In this document: piece after piece, positions 25,330 through 34,867 of the stretch
Numbering within the stretch: position 1 is the stretch's first letter
Layout: the number at the start of each line of letters is the position of its first letter
Source of the DNA: Narcine bancroftii
Taxonomy: Eukaryota
Direction: 5' to 3'
NCBI RefSeq assembly: GCF_036971445.1
Contig: NC_091469.1
Location: 159,340,001-159,404,000 of the forward strand
Length of the DNA stretch: 64,000 nucleotides
Notes under the pieces: model-generated
What the model was told of the DNA's origin: nothing
Database searches by the model: none
Seen by the model: the letters and a program-made list of their open reading frames with translations, nothing else
Position numbers and translations under genes: made by a program

Positions 25330-25893
25330 TCGTCAAGTCAAGATTATTGTTGTCTGATTGTACAAGTAGAACCTAACTTTTTACTTCCTCGATAAAGATA
25401 AATGAATATTGTTTTGTCTAAGTGAGAATCTCGGATGGTCAGCGTGATCAGTTCCTTTGGTCGTTTAGCATTCTCACTGCCCGTGGCAAGAAGCTGTTCC
25501 TCAGCCTGGTGGTTCTGGCTCTGATCCTCCTGTATCTCTTCCCTGATAGGAACAGCTGAAAGATGCTGTGTGCAGGGTGGAAGGGGTTCTCAATGATTTC
25601 ATGCACCCACTTCAAACAACAATCCCAGTAGATCACGTCAGTGTAGGGTGGGGAAGGAAACTCCACTGATCCTCTCTGCCACAATTATGATAACGTGGAT
25701 TGACCTCTGTTCCATTTCTCTGCAGCAACTGTACCCCATTGTGATGCAGCTGGACAGGACACCCTCGATAGAGCTCCTGTAGAAGGTTGACATAATGGTG
25801 GACGGTAGCCTTGCCCACTTCAGTCTTCTCAGGAAGTGCAGTCACTGTTGTACCTTCCTGAACACATGAGTAGATGATGAGTGTCCACGGTAG
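25330..25893 (-). mobile_element. Rex1/Babar LINE 3' fragment
   Basis: HPAHSIFQLFLSGKRYRRIRARTTRLRNSFLPRAVRMLN. Confidence 0.8.
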
Positions 25894-25985
25894 GAAATGA
25901 AAAAACATTTGCAGCCACATCTATTTTTGACAGTGGGAAAATAAGAAGTATTTTGCTGAGAGAAGTCGACACTGAAACTTTGGTG

Positions 25986-26046
25986 ATGAGCTCTCAGTGG
26001 GTCTGTCTCTGCGGGGTCCTGCTGTCGATCTCCGTCCAGGGTTACA
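25986..26046 (+). CDS. Candidate signal-peptide exon of the Siglec-like gene (MSSQWVCLCGVLLSISVQGY+1 nt)
   Basis: Hydrophobic leader in an island of non-repetitive DNA. The phase-1 donor A|GTAGGT matches the phase-1 acceptor at 39355. A possible upstream acceptor TTTTTGACAG ends at 25933. Confidence 0.6.
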
Positions 26047-26524
26047 GTAGGTCTTTTTCTGTACCGTCTCTGTTAACGTTGCGGTTTGGACTTTGGATAA
26101 TTCCATGGTGGGGGAAAAGCTTTGACGGGCAAACCAGGGTTAGGAGGGTGGCCCTGCTTTGGTCGTGCTATAATGTCATGAACGTTACGAAATTCGTTGT
26201 ATTGCAACAGCATTAGTTGCACATATTGCTACAAATTAAATTTAAACAATAAATAAATTAGTGGACAAGAGGAGAAAGTGAGGCTGTGTCTGTGGATCAT
26301 CGTCTGTTCAGAAATCTGATGGCGGAGGGGAAGAAGCTGTTTCTGTACCACTGGGTGTTCGTCTTCAGGCTTCCTGCCTTGATCCTCCCTGGTCATGGGG
26401 AAGGCTTTTGGCTACAGCGCATTGAATTAATGTTTCCAATGTTTCCAGATGCAGTGAAAAGCTTTTATTTACGTGCTATCCATTGACATAGCTCAGCAGG
26501 TCATGCAAGAATAAAATAAAATTA

Positions 26525-27294
26525 TCGTATATACTTGTGTAATGGTCCACATTTTTGTTCCAAATTTTCAGATCAAATTGGGGGGGGGGGGTCAACCTTT
26601 ACGTGGCTCATACATATTTGAATGTGGTAGGTACCTGTGTCATTCAAAGCCTCCTGCTGTTGGTCCCCATCCAGAGGTACAGTAGATGTTTTCTGTTGAC
26701 CTTCCTGCCTCATTTTTTCTCATCATCTCTGCTCATCTTACGGTGCGGACATTGGGACATTTCACAGTGGATGGGGGGTGGTAGAAAAGCTTTCACAGGA
26801 AAACCAATGGGGCAGAAAACACTGTTTAGCTCATTTCCATCTCCATGGCAGCAGAGACCTACCTGTGGGAGCTCGATAGCCGGGACAGGGTCATTAGCCT
26901 GCATTTGGAGTGTCAGGGCTCGTATGGGAAGGTGGTCAGGAGCCCGGATGGCTGGGCAGTTGGGTTGTCGGAAGCTCGGATGGATTGGAGGTCAGGAGCT
27001 CGGATGTGCGGCCAGATGGGGTGTTGGGAACTCGGATGGGCAGGTGGTCTGGAGCTCGAATGGCCAGGCAGTCGGGGCGTCGTGAACTCGGATGGGTGTG
27101 CAGTTGGTATGTAGGGAGCTCGGATGGGTCACAGATCAGGAGCTCAGACGGGTGGGCAGTTGGTATGTAGAAAGCTCGAATGGGCAGGTAGTTGAGGCGA
27201 AAAATAAAAGGGTGAAAAGGCATGATTTCTGGGCCAGAAAAGTGGGGGGGGGGGTTGGGGCTCGACTATCACACTGTATCACGTGTCTCTACGG
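26525..27294. mobile_element. Non-autonomous Tc1/mariner-superfamily (Tc2/pogo-like) element with internal degenerate ~27-bp GGAGCTCGGATGG repeats
   Basis: TA|TCGTATATAC...TCTCTACGG|TA termini with a TA TSD. Tandem motif at ~26930-27200. Confidence 0.6.
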
Positions 27295-28240
27295 TAGATT
27301 GATCATCTGGCATGGTGCTCATTGGAGATTGGAAGGTGGAGGGGATCTTACAGAAACACAGAAAAGTGGCTGCTGGTGACCGTGGTCAAGGGTCAAGGGT
27401 TAGGTAAATTCTTGGCGAATTGCCATGCCTTTTCTGGGTTTGTTAAAAACTTTCCCTCCCCCCACCCCCCCCCCCACCCCCGCAGCATCACTTTCAGGGT
27501 GTCCGGGTTCTCCGCACGCACTCAGATCCTTTCTGCTTTATCAGCCTTTTGGCTGGTTCAAGCACCTTCCTGGACTTCAGGATGCTGCACTAATGTCGGG
27601 GTAGAAGGAAACCTTCTATTTCCATCGGGCATCCCCTCCTTCTTTTTTTTAAAAAACTTTATTTAAAATTTTATGACATGAATAAAATAAAAATTACATT
27701 TAAAGAAATAATAAAAAATAAGATAATAAAAATTAGAATACTACATCACTAAACTACACAAATTAACCCCCCCAATAATTATAACACAACATTAATCGTC
27801 TAATTTAAAATTAGTCCAACCCTCCCCCCAAATAAAGAGTGAAGAATTAATTAACAATGTTGCAAATAAAATAGAAAAAACCCCACTTACAAAAAAAAGG
27901 ATAAAACTTAACAATAAAAAAAATTACTAACAACAAAAAAAATATCAATACTAAAATAATACCCTTAAACATATATTTAAATCAAACATAATACATGTAT
28001 TTAACAAATGAAATCCACTTTAAAACTAAGTTCAAATATTAAAATCATATATCAACCACATATCTGTTATTCAAAAAAATCATAATTAATAATACATAAA
28101 TACAGAATTTCCATTAATACCAAGTTTCCTTTATAATTCATCAAGAGAACAAAAACATCCCTTAGAAAAACAATAAGATAAACTTTTTATTCCCTTCCCC
28201 TCCCCTTATATAAAAAAAAGAAAAAAAAAAGAAAAAAGTT

Positions 28241-28450
28241 CAAACTCTTATAAAATTCTCCATATTCTTCATTTATATCATCTTCAAAATTCTCTATCGA
28301 AATTAACTTAATTTTATTAAACTCTTCTCCCTCAATGTATTTGTACTTAATTTTCTTCTTTTTCTTCCTATCACCTTTCCCCTCATCTTCCTCTTCATCT
28401 AATTCAACGTCCTCAATTTTTGACTTATTATCTTCTGTGACATCATCCTC
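28241..28450 (-). pseudogene. HSP90: Captured cytosolic HSP90 fragment (charged linker / start of middle domain)
   Basis: Hand translation: [70 protein letters not shown]. It aligns without gaps to the HSP90 signature ...IEDVGSDEEE...[41 protein letters not shown]. Confidence 0.88.
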
Positions 28451-29037
28451 TTAAAAAAGAAAGAAAAAAGAGAAACCCCCCCCAAAAAAAGAGAAAAAAA
28501 AGGAGAGAAAAAACCTCCGAATTCCCTCTCAATTACAATCAGAAAACAAAAAGAGTTAAAAAAAATTATTTATTTTAAGAAAATAATAAAAAAAACCTTC
28601 ACTTCTTAACCCAAAAATTAAAAAGAAAAAAAAACAGGTCAGAGGTCACGACTACCTCCTCCTGTTTAAACCGCCCAAAGCGGTAACTCCCCCAAAATAT
28701 TGGGTGTGAGATAACTCCCAGGTAGCTGATGACTTCTGGAAACTAGTGCCCACCCAGTTCCCTCTCCCAATGCCCATTTCATTAAACTATCATCATTATT
28801 TAAACTATTTAAACTCTTCTCAAAAAAAAGATAAAAGATTTATTTTTTAAAATCAACGTTACCACTTCAGTCACCATTGCTTCCATTTCTTTTAAAAATC
28901 TGGATCCAACCTTACATCTCTACTCTCTTTGGAGACCTTGAAGGACTACATCGTTCCTGAAACTGCATGATTGGTAGAGACTAAACAAAGTCCATAACCC
29001 CTTTAGGATTGTCAAAGAACTTTGGCTAATTTCCATC

Positions 29038-30222
29038 CTAAAAAATCTTCAGTTCCGCAGGATACATGAATGTTGCCTTATGTCTTTTTTTCCACAACCG
29101 TTCTTTCACAGAATTAAATTCACGTCGTTGAAACATAATTTCTTGACTCAAATCTTGATAGAAGAAAACAGGATTATTCTGAACCATCAAAGGAGATCTA
29201 TTTTGCTGGGCATTTCTAATAGCCGTACGTAAAATTGTCTCTCTGTCACAATAGTTTAAACAACAGATCAGAACAGCTCTTGGATTCTGTCCTGAAAAAG
29301 ATTTTCTTCTTAAAACTCTATGAGCACGTTCCAGTATTAAACCTTCAGGGAATTTATCCTGTCCTAACACTCGTCTTGGATCTGGTCCTTCTATGCCTTC
29401 TGGCAAACCAACAATTTTCACGTTGTTCCGTCTAGATTGATTCTCAAAATAATCAACCTTTTTTGCTAAATTTTTATTTTGGATCTGCAATGTTTCAATT
29501 ATTCTATTTTCATCTTGCAGTTGATCCTGTGCATCGACTAAACCTTGATCACACATTTCAAATCTTTCAATGGTTTCAAGCTTAAAAGCTCCATTAATGA
29601 CTTCCGCCATCGCATTAATCTTGGAAATAAACAGGTTCACAAAATTAGCTAAGTGACTCGATATAGAATATATCTTATCTTCAAGATCCTTAACAGACAT
29701 TTCAACAGAAGTAGATTCAGCCATAATGGGGTCTTGCTGTTCCTTAGAGACCACGGGATCTTCTGTCTCTTCCCTTAATTTAGTATCTTTTCTAGCAGTT
29801 TGACTTCGTATAAAAATCCATCTCAAAGTCCCCCCAGCAATGCCAGGAGACTGAAGATCAGGATTATCTTTAAGCCAAATCTCTTTAATCATCTTCACTG
29901 AATCGATGTCTGGAAAATCCGTTGTAATTGAGGATGCATTTTGCAGCGCCACCACTGTAGCAGTCGAATGACAGCTCTTTAACTCTCCAGCTGGTGGCGC
30001 CCCAGCTGATTCAACTGTCAAAGTCTCAGTAACAGCACTCACAGTGGCCGTTGTGTGAAATACTGGCACCCGGCCAGCTCTTTGTTCTGAAAGCTGTTGA
30101 GTGAGACCTTCAGAGAGCCTCATCGGCTTAAAATGAAGCTTCAATGCCGAACTCTGCACATTTTCTTCTGGATCCATTCTATGCTGAGTCCTGGCTTCTT
30201 GTAAACAAGTAGGCTCAGACAA
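29038..30222 (-). CDS. L1-type ORF1p (long N-terminal extension, coiled coil, RRM); 24-nt in-frame deletion relative to copy 2 and a C-terminal frameshift
   Basis: Motifs ENQSRRNNVKIVGLPEG, ERAHR, FFYQDLS and YPAELKI. Confidence 0.85.
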   Translation of the reverse strand: MSEPTCLQEARTQHRMDPEENVQSSALKLHFKPMRLSEGLTQQLSEQRAGRVPVFHTTATVSAVTETLTVESAGAPPAGELKSCHSTATVVALQNASSITTDFPDIDSVKMIKEIWLKDNPDLQSPGIAGGTLRWIFIRSQTARKDTKLREETEDPVVSKEQQDPIMAESTSVEMSVKDLEDKIYSISSHLANFVNLFISKINAMAEVINGAFKLETIERFEMCDQGLVDAQDQLQDENRIIETLQIQNKNLAKKVDYFENQSRRNNVKIVGLPEGIEGPDPRRVLGQDKFPEGLILERAHRVLRRKSFSGQNPRAVLICCLNYCDRETILRTAIRNAQQNRSPLMVQNNPVFFYQDLSQEIMFQRREFNSVKERLWKKRHKATFMYPAELKIF

Positions 30223-31429
30223 TTTCAGAAAATGTAGTTTTTTAACAGTCTGTTGATGTTTTCTTTTACCCTTTTTTTTTGCATATGAACCATTAGGTAT
30301 TAATTCAGCACCTCTTATTATTTATAAACTTTTAAAAGAACTTTAACGGGCACTTAAAGACAAAACAATAAATCAGAGTCAGGAGAAGTCTGGAAGGTAC
30401 GTCTGTTCCCTACGCCATCTTGCCATGCCCCCCAAGGCATCCCCTCCTTCTTGTTCCAGCTGCCACTGCTCCCAATATTTTCCCAATATTTTTTCTCTGT
30501 CTTGGTAGCGATTTACCCAAATGCAGCACCTCGCCCTTCTGCCGGTTCCACTGCATCTGCCGTTCCTTAGCCCAGTTCCTCATCTGGTCCAGGTCCCAGT
30601 ACAAACCTTCTTCTCTGTCCACCACCGCACAGATGTCCATGTTATCAGCCCATGTTCCTTCCCACAAATATCCCCATTCAAATCATTTATGTATATTTGA
30701 TAAAGGGTCCCAGTCCCAGACCCTGAAGCCCTCCACTGATCACGGTCCTCCAGTCTCTTCAGCCACTCTCTGACTCCAGTCCCTCAGTTAATTTATTCAG
30801 CCAACTTGCTAGTTGATTTCCTACTTCATGTGTATTAACTTCCCAGACTAGCCGACCATGACAGGAGTTTTTTAAATTATAAATTTAGACATATAACATG
30901 GTAACAGGCCCTTTCAGTCCACGAACCCATGCCACCCAATTACACCCAATTAACCTACAACCCCCCCCCCCCCCCCCACTCCAGTAAGTTTCTAACAATG
31001 GAAGGAAACTGGAATCCCTGGAAAAAACACATACAGACACAGGGAGAACGTGCAAACTCCTTACAAACAGTGCAGGTTTGGACCCTGGTTCCGATCACTA
31101 GTGCAGTAGCATTGTGCCAACCTTGCCTCCCTTAGCAAGCACTTTTCTCAAATCCAGATAACTCATGTTAAATGCCTTGTCCTTATCCACCCTCTTTGTC
31201 CCTCCAGTGTCCCCAAACGAAACACTGACTGACCATTTCTCCCTGTGGATGCTGTCTGACCCGTTGTGACCCCCATCAGTTCTCTCTCTGCCTATCAGAT
31301 GCACAGCGATCGTATCTGCTTCCCCTCCCTCTCCTTTGGGACACATTCCAGGCACCTCCAACTGTGCAGGAAACATTCTCGCTTCGTACATCCTTCAACT
31401 CTCTCTGTAAACCTGTAACTACTAATCAG

Positions 31430-32090
31430 GTTCAAGTCCATGATCACAGGGACCTTGGGTTTCAAATCCATACATCCCTCAAGGTCACCAACCAGGTTAA
31501 GATGATTAAGAAGGCCTATGGGATGCTGGACTTCATTAATAGGGGGATGGAGTTCAGGCATCGAGAGGTCATGTTCTCTCTGGTGAGATCACACTGTGTT
31601 CAGTTCTGGTCACCTCATGCAGAGTAGATTGGCCAGGGTATTGCCTGGATTGGGAAACAAGTCTTATGAGGCAAGGTTAGCAGAACTAGGAGTTTTCTCT
31701 TTGGAGTGTAGAAGGATGAAAAGAGACAATAGAGGTCGACAAGATTCTGAGAGGCAGAGACAAGGTGAACAACCAGGATCTGTTTCTCATGGCAGGAACA
31801 GCAAACACCTCAGGACATGTGTACAAAGTGAAGGGAGGGAAGTTTAGGGGAGACGTCAGGGGTAGGTTTTTGCACAGAGAGTTGTGAGTACCTGCAATGC
31901 CTTGCTAGGGATGTTGGTGGAGGCTGAAACATTGAGGGCATTTAAGAAACTCTTAGACAGGCACATGGATGGGAGAAAAAGAGAGGGTTACGGTGTAGGG
32001 AGGGTTTAGTACTATTTTTAAAGAATATCTGAGTCAGCTCAACATTGAGGGCTGAAGGGTCATACTGTGCTGTAGGGTTCCATGTTCTAT
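31430..32090 (+). mobile_element. Degraded CR1 3' fragment
   Basis: Motifs KKAYGMLDFINRG and CVQFWSP, then the 3' tail. Confidence 0.78.
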
Positions 32091-32265
32091 TGCCTGACTC
32101 TACATATACAACCTAACAAAACAGCACTTCTCTGAAGCACGATGGTGTACCCACATACACACTCTCAGGTGCACAAACATATTTAATCATATCTCTCAAT
32201 AAAGATATCATTAAAAATAATATATACAGATAAATATTTTGGGATGACTTATCTGGTAACAGGAT

Positions 32266-33431
32266 CTTCTTTGGCCTGGCTTCGCGGACGAAGATTTATG
32301 GAGGGGGTAAATGTCCACGTCAGCTGGAGGCTCGTTTGTGGCTGACAAGTCCGATGCGGGACAGGCAGACACGGTTGCAGCGGTTGCAGGGGAAAATTGG
32401 TTGGTTGGGGTTGGGTGTTGGGTTTTTTCTCCTTTGCCTTTTGTCAGTGAGGTGGGCTTTGCGGTCTTCTTCAAAGGACGTTGCTGCCCACCAAACTGTG
32501 AGGCGCCAAGATGCACGGTTTGAGGCGATATCAGCCCACTGGCAGTGGTCAATGTGGCAGGCACCAAGAGATTTCTTTAGGCAGTCCTTGTACCTTTTCT
32601 TTGGTGCACCTCTGTCACGGTGGCCAGTGGAGAGCTCGCCATATAACACGATCTTGGGAAGGCGATGGTCTTCCATTCTGGAGACGTGACCCACCCAGCG
32701 CAGTTGGGTCTTCAGCAGCGTGGATTCGATGCTTGCGGACTCTGCCAGCTCGAGTACTTCGATGTTGGTGATGAAGTCGCTCCAATGAATGTTGAGGATG
32801 GAGCGGAGACAACGCTGGTGGAAGCGTTCTAGGAGTCATAGGTGATGCCGGTAGAGGACCCATGATTCGGAGCCAAACAGGAGTGTGGGTATGACAACGG
32901 CTCTGTATACGCTTATCTTTGTGAGGTTTTTCAGTTGGTTGTTTTTCCAGACTCTTTTGTGTAGTCTTCCAAAGGCGCTATTTGCCTTGGCGAGTCTGTT
33001 GTCTATCTCGTTGTCGATCCTTGCATCCGATGAAATGGTGCAGCCGAGATAGGTAAACTGGTTAACCGTTTTGAGTTTTGTGTGCCCGATGGAGATGTGG
33101 GGGGGGGCTGGTAGTCATGGTGGGGAGCTGACTGATGAAGGACCTCAGTTTTCTTCAGGCTGACTTCCGGGCCAAACATTTTGGCAGTTTCCACAAAACA
33201 GGACGTCAAGCGCTGAAGAGCTGGCTCTGAATGGGCAACTAAAGCGGCATCGTCTGCAAAGAGTAGTTCACGGACAAGTTTCTCTTGTGTCTTGGTGTGA
33301 GCTTGCAGGCGCCTCAGATTGAAGAGACTGCCATCCGTGCGGTACCGGATGTAAACAGCATCTTCATTGTTGAGGTCTTTCATGGCTTGGTTCAGCATCA
33401 TGCTGAAGAAGATTGAAAAGAGGGTTGGTGC
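32266..33431 (-). mobile_element. 5'-truncated RTE LINE
   Basis: Same family as 10377-11409. TSD ACAGGAT at 32259-32265 and 33432-33438. Confidence 0.9.
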
Positions 33432-34361
33432 ACAGGATACTGTGCATCAATCCCACAGCCTGTGGGAAGAAGCTATTTCGCAGCTGACGGCCCTGATTTC
33501 AATGCTCCTGTACCTCCTTCCTGATGGCCGTGGGTCAAAGACACTGTGCCCTGGATGGAAAGGGTCTCCCATAATTCTTAGAGCCTTATTGAGTCAATGC
33601 TCTCAGTAGATGACATCAGTAGAGGAAAGGGAGACCCCAGTGATCTTCTCAGCCGGTTTAGACTAAGACCAGAAGATATTGGAGCAGAAATAGGCCATTT
33701 GGCCCATCAAGTCTGCTCCACCATTCCATCCTGAGCTGATCCATTCTCCAACTCAGCCCAACTCCCCTGACTTGCCCTGATATCCTGACTATTCATATAC
33801 ATAGATTTCAGATTTATGGTACGTGACATCACATACAAATCTGAGATATGTTTTACTGCAGGCGAGGCAAATTTTGACTTATTGATAATGCAAAACAAAA
33901 CTGTACACAGTGAACACATGTAAACAAATAAAGAAATATAAAGCAAACTGACTGTGCAAAACAGAGGGAATAAAAATATCTATCAAATACAAACGTAAGA
34001 GTCCTTAAATGAGTCCCTGATTGAATTGTCATTGAGGAGACTGATGGTGGAGGGGTTGCAGCTGTTCCTGAACGTGATGTGAATCTTTTGGCACTGAGAC
34101 CTCTTTCCTGATGGCAGCAGCGACAACAGAGCATTTGCTGGGTGGTGTGAATCCTTGATGATTGCTGCTGTCCTCCAACGGCAATGTTCCCTGTAGAGGT
34201 CCTTAATGAGGGGGAGGGTTTTGCCAGTGACTTCCTGGGCTGTGGCCACTACCTTTTGGAAGGCTTTAAGCTCGTGGGTATTGGTGGCACCCCACCAGAC
34301 TGTGATACAGACGGTCAGCACACTTTCCACCACACGTCTGAAGAATTTTTCCAGGAATTCT

Positions 34362-34850
34362 TTTTTTAAAAAAATGTTTTATTTTTCACACTATAAACCA
34401 TACTGACCAAAATACATACAGACATTTTTCTCTTGAATATATAGTGTCATGTTCTCCCCTTTTTCCCCCCTCCCTTCCCTCCCTCCCTCACCCCCCCTCC
34501 CCATTTATTCAAAGTTCAATCTATATGATTCATTAAAACCGTTAAACAATGGCATCACTTAATAAAATAAACAAGAAATTTGTGTCTTCTACTTTTATAT
34601 ATTTCGTTGTCTTCTCCTTCAGTCATTTTAGGGGGTGGGGGTCCGCGGTAGGCCCTCTCTGTTGTATACGGTTCATGTATGGTTCCCATATTTGTTCGAA
34701 TACTGTGATGTTATTTCTTAAATTGTATGTTATTTTTTCCAATAGAATACATTTATTCATTTCTATGTACCATTGCTGTACTCTCAGGTTGTCTTCTAAT
34801 TTCCAGGTTGATAAATACATTTTTTTGCTACAGCTAAGGCTATCATAATA
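34362..34850 (-). mobile_element. L1 3' fragment (family of the 54013-61549 element)
   Basis: RVQQWYIEMNKCILLEKITY..FEQIWEPY. The 3' UTR resembles 61330-61549. Confidence 0.85.
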
Positions 34851-34867
34851 AATTTTTCAGGATTTCT

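Larger units (their letters stand above)
27645..30435 (-). mobile_element. ORF1-only L1-derived (half-L1-like) retroelement, copy 1, full length
   Basis: 5' GGGGGGCATGGCAAGATGGCG, L1-type ORF1, no EN/RT, AATAAA plus poly(A). 17-bp TSD GGCATCCCCTCCTTCTT at 27628-27644 and 30436-30452. Confidence 0.9.

Noticed and set aside
28241-28450. Stand-alone HSP90 gene or processed pseudogene
   Set aside because: No other HSP90 sequence, poly(A) or TSD of its own. It occupies the same internal position in both retroelement copies.
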